Part shown: positions 24,601 through 37,802 of the stretch, piece after piece
How the letters are laid out: the number at the start of each line of letters is the position of its first letter
Position numbering within the stretch: position 1 is the stretch's first letter
NCBI RefSeq assembly: GCF_006345805.1
Contig: NC_043012.1
Coordinates: forward strand, 1,798,001-1,862,000
DNA length: 64,000 nucleotides
From: Octopus sinensis
Lineage: Eukaryota
Direction: 5' to 3'
Made by a program: the position numbers and the translations under genes
The notes under the pieces: model-generated
The model's database searches: none
What the model saw: the letters and a program-made list of their open reading frames with translations, nothing else
Told to the model about the DNA's origin: nothing

Positions 24601-25332
24601 TTGCTCTATGCTATAGAAACATGTTGTTGCAATAGTGACATGTTGTTGCTATAACAACAAGCACACTAGTCTAGGTGTTTCCACTCCATTCATTTTTTTT
24701 TTTTTCAATTGAGTATGAACCAGTGACCTGAAATTCCTTTCAAAATGAGTTCCTCAACAATTTTTTTCATTTTGTCAGAGAAAATGAAGCCAGGGGAAGA
24801 AGCAGCGATGTTTTAGCAAGAGAAAGTTCTTCCCAAGCAAAAGATGCCACTAGCAAGGTGGGGTGCAGAGGGGTCGGTCCACCTCAGGTGGCACTACTTT
24901 TGGGTCTGCTGTAGGCAACATGCACTTTTTGTGGGGGCCCAGGAGTGGAAACCTGTAGGGCCACTCCAGGTGGCACACACTTTAGCAACACTAGTGAAAG
25001 ATACATAAGAAAAATCATCATTGAATGAACATAAAACATTCAACAGTGAACTTAGAAATATAAGTTTATGTGATGCCATGGTTACAAAAAATGTGAAAAT
25101 AAATACTAGAAAGTATATCACAATCTCGCTAGCTTCATTACATTCTGTTTCTTTCATTAAATAGCATTTTAAAAACTTGAAAAAAATTCATTTTTGGATC
25201 TTTTCTGTTGCTGTCACAAGATTTTGAAATTTTGAATTTAGTATATTGACGCTGAATCTGATTTTGTTATTCACTTGTTCCAGAAAAAATTTTAGGAAAA
25301 TGTTACAGATGTTTAAAGTTTGCTTACTTTTA

Positions 25333-25706
25333 CTGTGTGGTAAGTAGCTTACTTACCAGCCACATGGTTCCAGGTTCAGTCCCACTGCATGGCACCTTAG
25401 GCAAGTGTCTTTTATTGTAGCCTCAGGCCAACCAAAGCCTTGTGAGTAGATTTGGTTGACAGAAACTGAAAGAAGCCTGTCGTATATATATGTCTGTGAG
25501 TCTTGCTTGTCCCCCCCCCCCAACATTGCTTGACAGCTGCTGCTGCTGTTTTTACATCCTTGTAACTTAGCGGTTCGGCAAAAGAGACCAATAGAATAAG
25601 TACTAGGCTTACAAAGATTAAGTCCTGGAGTCACTTTGCTCGACTAGAAGTGGTGCTCCAGCATAGCCACAGTCAAATGACTGAAACAAATAAACGAATA
25701 AAAGAA
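25333..25706 (+). mobile_element. Family A SINE
   Basis: Similarity to the other copies. Confidence 0.85.
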
Positions 25707-26368
25707 TCAGAAACCAGGATTTTGTACATGATAGCTGTCTCTGACAACATTATGACAACGGAAGTTTTAATAAGTTTTAAATGAACAAAGTCATTGAAAT
25801 TTTGAAACAGACATGTAAAAATTAAGGAATGGAAAAATCCTTAATGAATATTTTTCCTTTGTTTTTTCAAAAATTTAAACAGAAGAACCTGAACATTAAA
25901 TTACTAAAAAAAAAACAACTCTAGTTCACTTCATATACACAATACAATTTTTGTAGTGAAAATTCAAAAGCAAAAGTTTGAGATATATTCTAGGAGTTTG
26001 TCAAGCAAATTACAATTTTCGTATCTCCTGCACCACAAAAACTCACAGAGATATGAATCAACCATAGAAAGGTGGGCCCCCACACTGTCATTTATTACTT
26101 TGTTTTACACAGGTACATGTACTCTCCACTTGTTGCATATGGGTACCATCTTAAAATATTATGGGTAAAAAATAGTTAGGAAAATGGCTTTAAAAGATGT
26201 TTATTCACAGTTTTGAAAGGTATCTATTTGAGAAGCATATGACATTTACTTTTAAGAAATTGCACAGATACAATACTGAAGGCATAAACAAAAATGTAAA
26301 TAATCTATTGATTCAAATATTTCCATTCTTAAGTACTCTCATAAATGAATTTTTCTTTTTCATTTACA

Positions 26369-26648
26369 TCGTTGCCAGCACCGCTGGACTGGCTCCTGTG
26401 CAGGTGGCACATAAAAAGCACCATTTGAGCGTGGCCGTTGCCAGTACCGCCTGACTGGCCCTCGTGCTAGCGGCACATAAAAGCACCCACTACACTCTCG
26501 GAGTTGTTGGCGTTAGGAAAGGCATCCAGTTGTAGAAACTCTGCCAAATCAAGATTGGAGTCTGGTGCAGCCGTCTGATTCGCCAGACCTCAGTCAAATT
26601 GTTCAACCCATGCTAGCATGGAAAGCGGATGTTAAACGATGATGATGA
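26369..26648 (+). mobile_element. Family B retroposon
   Basis: Similarity to 1889-2216. Confidence 0.85.
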
Positions 26649-26759
26649 GGAGGAGGAGGGGGAATTCAAACAAAAATAAGTAATCAAAAGATTTAGTTTT
26701 GATTGACCATAAATGAACTTCTGTACTTGTTCTTTAACCTTTGTCTTCATTCTTTTCCT

Positions 26760-27400
26760 CTTTAACACGCTATATACAAACTTACATTTTACTTTCCTTC
26801 ATTAACCATACAATTTTTGCATCATCTGGTCTATTTGAATTTTGTTTGCCAGGTTCGTTTACTGTCTTTCCTGGCACATACCAATTTTACTATATGTCTT
26901 GTCTGAAGTATCACATGTTAATTTTATCAAAAACCAACCAGTGCAAACTTGGACAGTCCTAAATTGATGACACAGTGACAGTAAACAAACTTTCCATTTT
27001 TCTATTGAAGTCTTTCCACACCCAAAATGCGTCACGATTCTTTGTCACTTTTTCTGTTATGTCTTTGAAACTTTTCATTATAACTACTTTCTTTTCAAAA
27101 ATAACTTTGCTTTGTTACACACACCCCTTTTTATGTTTGACTGTAGTAAGTCTTAGCTCCGTTGCAGCATATTTAGGTCATTTTTCACTACTTGCTGACT
27201 TTTGCTCTCCTTCCACGCTTCTAAAAACAACTTAGTCTTCTCTCTTTCAGATCTACCGTTTCATTCATAAACAATTGGTATTTGCTTTTGAGTTGCATAC
27301 ATAGTTAGGGCTTTTCTAAAGCATTTATTTCGTTGCCAATAGCCAGTCTGTGCTGCAGATGCCTAATTTTTTCATAACCCACCAGCTTTTCACAACATCA
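26760..27400 (-). mobile_element. Heavily decayed RLE-type non-LTR remnant (zinc knuckle to RLE)
   Basis: Hand translation with stops: ...I*DCPSLH...NWYVPGKTVNEPGKQNSNRPDDAKIVWLMKE. Confidence 0.45.
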
Positions 27401-27466
27401 CTGACTGTTTGGCCATTAATTATACAGTATAAAGCAGCAAGCTGGCAGAATTGCTAACAAAAAATA

Positions 27467-27618
27467 GGTGCAGGAGTGGCTGTGTGGTAAGAAGCTTGCT
27501 TCCCAACCACATGGTCCTGGGTTCAGTCCCACTGAATGACACCTTGGACAAGTGTCTTCTACTATAGCCTCGAGCCAACCAAAGCTTTGTGAGTGGATTC
27601 AGTACTGAAAGAAGCCCG

Positions 27619-27669
<51 letters not shown>

Positions 27670-27890
27670 CATATATATGTATATATTTGTGTGTTTGTGT
27701 TTGTCTCCCCACCATCACTTGACAACCTATGTCGGTGTTTTTACATCCCTGTAACTTAGCAGTTCAGCAAAAGCGACCAATAGAATAAGTACAAGGCTTA
27801 CAAAGAATAAGTCCTGGGGTCGATTTGTTTAACTAAAGGCAGTGCTCCAGCATGGCCACAGTCAAATGACTGAAAGAAGTAAAAGAATAA
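27467..27890 (+). mobile_element. Family A SINE
   Basis: Similarity to the other copies. Confidence 0.9.
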
Positions 27891-28879
27891 ACCAGACAAA
27901 ATACTTAGCAACATTTTGCCTATCTTTACATTCTGAGTTCAAATTCCACTGTGGTCGACTTTGCCTTTCATCTTTCCGGGGTTGATAAAATAAGTAACCA
28001 GTCAATTACTGGGGCCAATGTAATCTACTAGTGCCTCTCGCTGAAAATTTCAGGCCTTGTGCCTATAGTAGAAAAAATTATAATACTATATTAGTTCAAC
28101 TGATTTTCTGCCTACGTCAGAAAAAAAACTGATAAAAGCAGTGTATTAGTGGAATCATAAGAGCATTGGAAAAAACCTCGTTCCAGCTCATTATGTTCTG
28201 AGTTCAAATCTCAGCAAGGCTCTGGAGTTGATAAAATAAAATAACAAGTAATGAAGTTTGTTTAATCAGCTAACAGCTTCCTTTGTAATTAGAAACATTA
28301 TTATTGTTAAATTCTTTGTATCATATTGAACAGTGGTCTAGTTTATTCAATAGAAAAGGAAAAGTGATTCTCGCAATTAGTTATTTCTGAATACTTAGGG
28401 AAAACAGCTGTCGTATTTAGGTAATTATTCAAATTCCAGTTTGTCAATGATCTACATCAGTAAACAATTGCACAACACAATTAATAAGTGTGGCAGTCAA
28501 TGGAGTATGATGACTTATTATCTCACCTGTGCACAACACACCTGATGAATTTCTTTACTTTCCATTGAACAATTTCCATTACACAACATATATTTTTGCT
28601 GTGTCAATGTACTGAGTTTATTAAAAACCTTATTTATTCTACACATTGTTCCCCAAATTTTTGTGTGTTTGTGAATGTGTCTTGTTCTTTCATATTGTGT
28701 ATTTTCTATATACAATTTTTTCCTTCAATGCTCATAGAAAACATGGTCCCTTATAACACCCAACTCGCTCTAATTGGTTAAGTAATTGCTGATGCTACTG
28801 CTGCTGCTGCTACTATCACTTTGATCTCCCTTTGTTGAAAAACAAATCTATGAATTTGTTTATAATGAGGTCAGGCTGG

Positions 28880-29270
28880 TACTGAATTTGATACAGATAA
28901 GAGTTCACCAAGGCTTGATCCTCAACCCCTTCCTATTCATTATCATCTTCAAAACCATAACAGAGCGCAACAATATGCTGATGATCTTGCCCTGATGATA
29001 GCAGACTCTGTAACAGAATTAGGAAAGAAATTCCAGGTATGGAAACAAAACCTGGAATTAAAGAGTCTTAAAGTTAACTTGACAAAGACTAAGATCCTAT
29101 TAAGCAAGAAATCAGACAGGATCCTTTACCCTTCAGGTGAATGGTCCTACTAAATATGTAGGAAGGTCTAGGTAGAAATTCTGCTTAGTGTACCCAGTGC
29201 AAGCAATGGACACACAAGAGGTGTAGTGGAATAGAAGGAAGGTTAACAGAGGAAGTAGTGTTTGTATGTG
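28880..29270 (+). mobile_element. RTE-type RT fragment
   Basis: YADDLALMIADSVTELGKKFQVWKQNLELKSLKVNLTKTKIL. Confidence 0.85.
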
Positions 29271-29434
29271 ATAGGTGTATGTATATATGTGTATATATAT
29301 ATATGTGTGGTGTGTGTGTATACTGTAAATTTAGGGTGAATACTTGATAAGTGTAAGCACCTGTATACGCCAGCTAGTGGCAGATGTGAGAGGGTATATA
29401 TATATATATATATACTGTATATACATATATATAT

Positions 29435-29476
<42 letters not shown>

Positions 29477-29479
29477 TAT

Positions 29480-29526
<47 letters not shown>

Positions 29527-29538
29527 CATATATACTGA

Positions 29539-29592
<54 letters not shown>

Positions 29593-29650
29593 CTGTATAT
29601 ACATATATATATATATACTGTATATACATATATATATATATATATATGTA
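29270..29650. repeat. (TA)n compound microsatellite
   Basis: Direct reading of the sequence. Confidence 0.95.
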
Positions 29651-29812
29651 ACAGATTTCTTACAGTTTCCATCAACCAAATCCACTCACAAGTCTTTGGT
29701 TGGCTCAAGGCTATAGTAGAAGACACTTGCACAAAGTGCCATGCAGTGGGACTGAACCTGTAACCATGTGGTTGGGAAGCAAACCTCTTACAACACAGCC
29801 ATGCCCACACCT
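29648..29812 (-). mobile_element. Family A SINE head
   Basis: Reverse complement of the family A head. Confidence 0.8.
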
Positions 29813-30089
29813 TATAAGACTATATATTGTATTATATATTATATAGGTTTCAAGCAATCTATTTATATTGTGAACTGTGGCAGTTCACAATATGGTTGGT
29901 AGTTATGTGAGAACAATCATGTAACAAAAGTAAGGCCTGATAAATTAGGTTTCTGACAGTTTCTGACAACCTGCTGTGTTACAGAAAACCGAGGGGAAGC
30001 CATTGAAGAGATCTTTTAAAATGTTCGTGTTAAAATCACAAAGCAGGTAGTGGGGGTCATACCCTTCACCAATACATCTTTTTCCTTTG

Positions 30090-30120
<31 letters not shown>

Positions 30121-30197
30121 TATACACACCACTGACACTGCAACCACCAACAACTACAACAATGCACAGACACACGCCATGACTACCACTAACAATA

Positions 30198-30273
<76 letters not shown>

Positions 30274-30974
30274 ACAAGACACATGCTCTCTTAAATACTG
30301 TCCAATCAGATTAGGGAATAGTTCACTAGACCATGTCTACCTGATTTTTCAAAAATCCTGTTCTTTCATGTGTGGAAAACACTATCTAAGATGATCCAAA
30401 TGCCAACTTCATCACACAATACCAGAACATTCTTAAGTGGCCACAGTATTACTCCAACACAGTGAAACGTGTGGAGGAAGCATATCACCACAGATTACTG
30501 GTACTCTTTTGGTTATGACAACAACAAGGGCTCCGGTTCATCCGGTCAACAGAACAGCCTGCTCATGAAATTAACATGCAAATGGCCAAGTACTCTACAG
30601 ACATGCTTACCTTTAATGTAGTTCTGAGCGAGACTCATTGTGACACAGAGTGTGATAAGGCTGATCCTTTGAAATACAGACAGACAGACAGACAGACAGA
30701 CAGGCAGGCAGGCAGGCAGGTAGACAGACAGGCAGACAGAAGTATCTACCAACATTTTTTGCCTACTAGATCCAGAAGTATTCCCATCTTTTCTTTGTTG
30801 ATAACCTGAATCTCTGGGCTAAAATACCAACCACATAAAAAAAAAAAACAACTGAACCATATAACCCAGTTTGGTATAAAATTTAGTTCAGTTAAAATGT
30901 GCATTATTAACAATAAAACATGGAAAATTTGTACCCTCCTCTGAAAACCTAAAACTAAACAGCTAGACAACACA

Positions 30975-31215
30975 ACCTCTACAAGTAACAGTTATAGGTA
31001 TCTTGGACACGATGAAAATGTCAGATATGATGGACCCATATATAAGGAGAGGACCAGAAAGGAATACCTCAGGATAGTGAAGAGACTATGGTCATCAGAA
31101 CTCACAGCTTAAACAAGCTTATTGCCTGCAACATCTTTGCGATGCCTGTTCTCATGCTTACACTTGGCCTTTTGAACTGGTCACTGCATACACAGCCACC
31201 AAGATATTGTTGTGT
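30975..31215 (+). mobile_element. R4/Dong-type RT thumb remnant
   Basis: YRYLGHDENVRYDG...KEYLRIVKRLWSSELT..NKLIACNIFAMPVL...GLLNW (frameshifted). Confidence 0.7.
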
Positions 31216-31614
31216 AGGACCACAAGGAAAAGATATGCTCTGTCATGGACACTTCTGGACATCAATATGGTTATAAAAATACATGAGAAAGTGGACATCT
31301 ATAGACCATCCACAAGGAGTTTGCAAACCTGGTACCAAAGATAGACTTTCAGTTTCAATTGTTTTATTATTGGAGCAACAGGGTACATACTGACCAGTCT
31401 GGAGCAAAATATGGCTGAACTTGTAATCCTGGAAAAGAATGCAAATCCCTCATTCATATGCTACAACTGATCATGATATCTGGCACAATATAAATCTACA
31501 AGACCTTCTCAAGATTTAAAGGATGATGATTAAATCATGATGCTTTCCTTCACAACCTTGCTACCAGGTGGGTGACTGGGGAAAACCTACTCTAAATTAA
31601 AAAGAGAAAGAGAA

Positions 31615-31820
31615 CACATACACATACACACATACATACATACATACATACATACATACATACATACATAATACATACATACATGCATACATACATACAT
31701 ACATGCATACATACATACATACATACATACATACATACATACATACATACATACATACATACATACATACATACATACATGCATACATACATACATACAT
31801 ACATACATACATACATACAT
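31615..31820. repeat. (TACA)n microsatellite
   Basis: Direct reading of the sequence. Confidence 0.95.
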
Positions 31821-32256
31821 AGCATATTTCTTATTGTGAAGAAGGTGACCTGTTAAAATTCATGAGAGAAAAACAGATATTTATTTGTAAGTTTTCTCAA
31901 GAGAAATTTAAAGAATGAACATTTCAAATTTTCTTTCAGTAATAAGCTTATTTCTTTGAAGAGAAGAAATTTATTATATTTGAAAAGATTGCTTAATGTC
32001 TTTAAAGATCATGTGGGAAATATATGTGTGTGTGTGTACATACATACATACATAAATGCATGCATACATACATACATACCTACATACATACATAATAATA
32101 CATACATACATGCATGCATGCATACATACATATGTACGTACGTATGTACATACATACATACAAACACACACACACACGCACACACACACACACATACATA
32201 CATACATACATACATACATACATACATACATACATACATACATACATACATACATA

Positions 32257-33557
32257 CAGGTGCGTTCCAGAAGTTTTAAGACTCTTTTAGGTGAGGCAGT
32301 TACAATTGTCCTAAATTGTTGTACATGTTGTATACCATTAAAATACATTGACTAAGTTGATTTGTCCACATTTTGTATTCAAGGTTGAAGGAGACAGGTG
32401 TAACAACATTTTGAATGGACAATACTAGACACTGCTTGTCACAGTTAACTAGTTTAATAGAATGCAGTCAGGGTGTGAAGACAATATGGAATAGTTTTGT
32501 ATTAAACTGGACAAAAAAAGCTATAGAAACTTATGAAATTCTCCAGACAGGTCATGGATTAACTTGTATGGGCTGAACATCTGTTTGGGACAAGAGGTTT
32601 GAGGACAATAGAGAGGAGGCAAGAGATGATGGGAGGTGTGTGGCGGAGGATGACATCAAAACATCAAGGACTGATTGAGAAAATTTGGAATTTTCTAGAT
32701 GAGAACCATCGTATGTCTATAAAGACAATAAGCATACAGTTCGGAGTTGGTGTGACAACTGTACATGGAATTATTCATGAAGAACTGAACATACCCAAAA
32801 TTTGTGCAGTTTGTTCCCTGGGAGCTCAGTAACAAGCAGGAGAAAAGCCACAGTGACAGCAGGATATTAGTTGAACTCATTACCTCCAATCCCAGAGTAC
32901 TTGAGTCTCTGGAGGCCTGTGACAAAAGCTGTGTTTAATGCTATGATTGAGAGACCATGAGACAGAAGGCTCAACAGAAGCATCCTGGCTCCCCTAGATT
33001 CAAGAAGGCCATGTAAAGAAAGTCCAATGAGAAACTCATGATGATCTACTTTTTTGACAGCTGGGGCATCATGGGTTCCTTCTGATCAGATGGTCAACAA
33101 AGAGTACTTTTTTTTAAGGTTTTGAGGAAGGTCAGAAAGATATATCATTGCAAGAGATTTCATTGCAAAAGGCCAGAGCTCTTTCACTCAGGTCAGTAGC
33201 ACCTGCACCAGGACAATGCATCAATCAACAATTCCATCCTGGTAACTGACTACATCACAGAGATGAGCATCAAAACTCTCCCTTAACCTCCCTCCCTGAA
33301 GTCAAGACCTTAATCCTTGTGACATTTGGTTGTCCCCCACCCCAGCTGAAGGAGAATATCAGGGGCAATTGTTTTGAAGACATTGAGAGAATGAAGGAAG
33401 ATGTGAGGGTCTTGGATACTTACTCTTTGGAGACCTTCCATGGAGCCTTCACAAGGGGCTGGAATGGTAGAACAAGTGCACTGAAGTCAGTTTTGTTCTT
33501 CTTTGAAATTAATAAGTCTTTCCTGAAAAAGTCTAAAACCTTCAAGAATGCACCTTG
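32257..33557 (+). mobile_element. Full-length but inactivated mariner transposon (~1.3 kb)
   Basis: TA-flanked TIRs caggtgcgttccagaagttttaagact / agtctaaaaccttcaagaatgcaccttg. Fragmented transposase includes KTISIQFGVGVTTVHGIIHEEL, HQDNA and QLKENIRGNCFEDIERMK. Confidence 0.9.
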
Positions 33558-33914
33558 TATACACACACATACATATTGGGCTGTGAGATAAATTTATTTT
33601 TGATGGGTATTTTTTCTTCTAATCCCACTGGAGCCTGGTGCAGCCTCCTGGCTTCCCAGACCCCGGTCAAACCATCCAACCCATGCTAGCATGGAAAACG
33701 GACGTTAAACGATGATGATGATGATGATATATATATATATACACACATATATGCGACGAGCTTCTTTCAGTTTCTGTCTACCAAATCCACTTACAAGGCT
33801 TTGGTCGGCCCGAGGCTATAGTAGAGGACACTTGCCAAAGGTGCCATTCAGTGGACTGAACCCAGAACCATGTGGTTGGTAAGCAAGCTACTTATCACAC
33901 AGCCACTCCTGAGG

Positions 33915-34135
33915 GGAAATTATCAAATCACCATCCGTGAGATATCAGAGGATGTGTAGATTATTTACAGTTCAGTCCAGTCCATTATCACTGAAGATTT
34001 GGGTATGAGACGCATGTCTGTCGAGTTTGGGCCAAAACTGCTTTCAGCTGACCAAGAAGACACTCGGGTTTCAGTTGCACAAGATCTCCTTCATTGTGTC
34101 GAGAATGATGAAAACTTTTCGAAAACTTTGTGTAG
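33915..34135 (+). mobile_element. Mariner transposase N-terminal fragment (second element)
   Basis: ITIREISED...IITEDLGMRRMSVEFGPKLLSADQEDTRVSVAQDLL. Confidence 0.8.
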
Positions 34136-34339
34136 GCCTCTGAGCAGGTATTGCCTAACTTTTGGCAAAAATTTGATGCAAATTCTCTGCTCAACTTTCT
34201 CTGTCATGGTCAATGCAACAATCACACACTACACACCTTCCTTCCAAGCACTGCTTTAAACAGCGGGTTTAAGTTTGAACGTTAAAACTTAGTGCACATG
34301 TACAGCAGAGTTCAAGGTCAATCTGTGCCAAGTGGCTTC

Positions 34340-34690
34340 ACTTTCCATGGTTTAGCTTCATTACTATAGCAACATCTTGAAGTATTTGCAGTTGAATGAA
34401 TCAACCCCAGTACTTTAATTTTTTTTAAAGCCTGGTACTTGTTCTGTTGATTCCTTTTTGCCAAACTTCTAAGTGACAGGGATGTAAACATACCAACACC
34501 GATTGTCAAATGGTGGTGGGGACAAACACAGAGATAAACACACACACACAACAGACTTCTTCCAAATCAACTCACAAGGTTTTGGTCAGCCTGAGGTTAT
34601 AGTAAAAGACACAAAGTGTCATGCAACAAAACTGAACTTTGAACCATGTGATTGGTAAGCAACCTTCTTACCACACAGCCACACCTTCAC
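34340..34690 (-). mobile_element. Degenerate family A SINE
   Basis: Tail and head similarity on the minus strand. Confidence 0.65.
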
Positions 34691-35254
34691 CTATATGTAT
34701 ATTTTACTCTATTATAGCAGCAGAGATTTGCTATCATAGGTGGGTAAGTAAGTAGGAGACAAAACCTAATGTGGGACAAAGATTCACATCATAATTTTTA
34801 TAGCTATTTCACTTCAGTGCTATGAATAATGTCCCTCAACACAGCACAAAGCTACACAACCCCTCAACACTGCACGAAGCTACACAACCCCTCACTTTTC
34901 TCATCTCATACTCTTAAAAGCAACAATTATGTTTTTCTGTTTCAATTAAACTATTTCAGAAAATTTGTTTTAAATCTCTGAGCAAGAGATATAAAATATG
35001 AATAAAATCTTTTATATCTTCATACCTCTTGAGCCCTCTCATCTGTTTTCAAAACATAAAAAAAAGGCTGTGGTAAAATACTTGATATTTTTAACATCAA
35101 CCATTGACCTCAATGTGCCTTTTTAAATGGTTGAATTAATAATTAAAAGAAATACGATTTCCTCTTTCTTTTTTATTGCCAGCCAAGTCTTTACCCATTG
35201 CAATACTGCCAGTAAAAATATTTGTGAATCATGCACATGCCTTCTTTTAATTAA

Positions 35255-35585
35255 AGACCCCCTTTGGTCATGAATGACCATGGGATTGCACCTAGAAAGT
35301 TCCCCTCCGAGGCACAAGTCCAGGTAAGGTTGTTTATGGAAGACCAGGTGTCGCCCAAGCATACAGCTTCCCCTTTTCACATCACTGATGTTATCCAAGG
35401 GAAAGGCGATGGCCAATACAGCTTGGCATCAGTGACATCACAACTCATTTCTACAGCTGAGTGAACTGGAGCAACGTGAAATAAAGTATCTTGCTCAAGA
35501 ACACAACACACAGCCTGGTCCCGGAATCAAACTCACGACCTCGCAATCATAAGCTTGACGCTCTAACCACTGAGCCATGTGCCTT
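35255..35585 (-). mobile_element. tRNA-derived SINE (D-related head, different tail)
   Basis: Minus strand: ggctcagtggttagagc A-box and gagtttgattcc B-box-like motif. Confidence 0.7.
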
Positions 35586-35672
35586 CCTTTAATAGTATTC
35601 TGCTATATAGTGAAAGTCTCATTAGTTACTATGGTGACAACAGTCTACCTAACCATCTATTTAACACACACA

Positions 35673-35729
<57 letters not shown>

Positions 35730-35759
35730 TCTCTCACTCTCTCTGTAGTTAGTAGAGTT

Positions 35760-36130
35760 TTCTGCAGCTAAAGAGTTTCTTGGTAGCCAAGAAATTTCTC
35801 TGTAGCTAAGGAACATCTCTGTTGCTAGGAAAAATATCTCTGTAACTAAGGAACTTCTCTGCGGCTGCTAATGAAAACCTCTGTTACTAGAGAACTTCAC
35901 TCTAACTAAAAAAACTCATCTAAAGTTAGGGATATCTAGTCAATGAATTTCTCTTTAGTTGGAGCACACCTATGGATAGAGAATTTCAGTGTCACTAAGG
36001 GCCCTCTATCAGCTTTTACATAATAATGTTGTTTCTAACCAACTTCTCGTTAACTAGAGAGCTTGTATAGCTTGAGTTCTTCCTTTTAGCTTAGTTGAAG
36101 AGTGTCTCCATAGCTAGGGAATTTTTGAGT
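35760..36130. repeat. Degenerate ~20-bp tandem repeat (ttctctgtagctaaggaac-like)
   Basis: Recurring ctctgtagctaag variants. Confidence 0.55.
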
Positions 36131-36414
36131 AACTATGGAGCCTGTATATAAGATAAGAAAATTCTCTGTATATAGTGTGATAATCAACAGTGATGTGTGA
36201 TGTGGTGGTGTATTGTACAGTGTAATAGTCTACAGAATAGAACATAGTATAGAGTGGGCATCTGTAGTATATACTACACTACAGAGGTCTTTTTTTATTA
36301 GCTTACTCTGGAATAAGATGATGGAATTAGTTGAGTATATAAGAAATGACAAGCAAGTCGAGAGTATTTGGGTAAAGGTAGCATGTAATCAGCCTGTCCC
36401 AAGGAGCAGAGGCT

Positions 36415-36800
36415 AATCATCATCATCATCATCATCATCATCGTCGTTTTACATCCGCTTTCCATGCTGGCATGGGTTGGACGGTTTGACTGAGGACTGG
36501 TAAGCCAGAGGCTACACCAGGCTCAATCTGATCTAGCAAAGTTTCTACAGCTGAATGCCCTTCCTAACGCCAACCACTCCGAGAGTGTAGTGGGTGCTTT
36601 TACGTGCCACCAACACGAGGGCCAGTCAGGCGGTTCTGGCAATGACCCCACTCCAAAGGTGTTTTCACATACTACCTGCAAGGGAGTCAGTCTGGCAGCA
36701 CTGGCAACGACCACACTCAAATGTTGCTTTTCACGTACCACCTACACATTTGCCGGTAAAGCGACGCTGGCAACAATCACGCTTGAATGGTGCTTTTCAC
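36415..36800 (-). mobile_element. Family B retroposon
   Basis: Reverse complement of the B tail. Confidence 0.85.
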
Positions 36801-36859
36801 ATAGTTTGTAATAATTTCAGAAATAAATTTAAAGAAATTATATCTTACTAATATATATT

Positions 36860-37090
36860 TATTTCTTTATTACCCACAAGGGGCTAAACATAGAGGAGAC
36901 AAACAAGGACAGACAAAGGGATTAAGTCGATTACATCAACCCCAATGCATAACTGGTACCTATTTAATCGACCCCAAAAGGATGAAAGTCAAAGTCAACC
37001 TTGACGGAATTTGAACTCAGAACATAGTGGCTGATGAAATACCACTAAGCATTTCACCTGATGTGCTAATGATTCTGCCAGCTCACCGCA
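36860..37090 (-). mobile_element. Family C tRNA-derived SINE
   Basis: Reverse complement of 63614-63847. Confidence 0.85.
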
Positions 37091-37170
37091 AAGGTTAATA
37101 TAGTAGCACCAAAATGAGATAGCATGTCTGTGGGATGGGGACTGGAGGATGTTTGTAATGGCTTCTTGTC

Positions 37171-37515
37171 AGCGAGGTGTAAGTGTTATAGCATAGTAAG
37201 GTGTAAGTGTTATAGCATAGTGAGGTGTGTTATAGCATAGCAACGTGTGTTATAGCATAGCAACGTGTAAGTGTTATAGCATAGTGAGGTGTAAGTGTTA
37301 TAACATAGTGAGGTGTAAGTGTTATAGCATAGCGAGGTGTAAGTGATATAGCATAGCGAGGTGTAAGTGTTATAGCATAGCAACATGTGTTATAGAACAG
37401 TGAGTTGTAAGTGTTATAGCATAGCAAGGTGTAAGTGTTATAGCATAGTGAGGTGTAAGTGTTATAGCATAGCGAGGTGTAAGTGTTATAACATAGTGAT
37501 GTGTAAGTGTTATAG
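37171..37515. repeat. 24-bp minisatellite (gtgttatagcatagtgaggtgtaa), ~14 copies
   Basis: Direct reading; includes some shorter deletion units. Confidence 0.9.
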
Positions 37516-37624
37516 TGTGGTATAATCAGTTGTAGAGGGTCGTAACAGTGCAATTAAATTCAAGTAAGAACATTATTATGATTAAAACTTTGTTCGTTTT
37601 TCAATTAACATTATTTTTAACACT

Positions 37625-37643
37625 AAATTTTTTTTTTTTTCAG
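37625..37643 (+). promoter_or_regulatory. Probable 3' splice acceptor (poly-T then CAG) ahead of the coding exon
   Basis: aaattttttttttttttcag ends 160 bp before the ATG. Confidence 0.5.
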
Positions 37644-37802
37644 AATGGAATTAATTTAAAGAAAGGAATAAAATAAAACAACACTGAAATTAGCTAAATC
37701 AACAACAACAAAAAGAAGAAGCAAAAAAGCAAAGCAAATCGAAAAATCAGGATTTTTTTTTTTCTCATAATCTCAAATCCATTTGATATTTTGTATGAAA
37801 GA

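Noticed and set aside
24845-25300. Possible hAT 5' end
   Set aside because: No matching second TIR, TSD or coding motif was found.
28535-28580. cacctgatga hammerhead-like start
   Set aside because: No GAAA or stem II follows.
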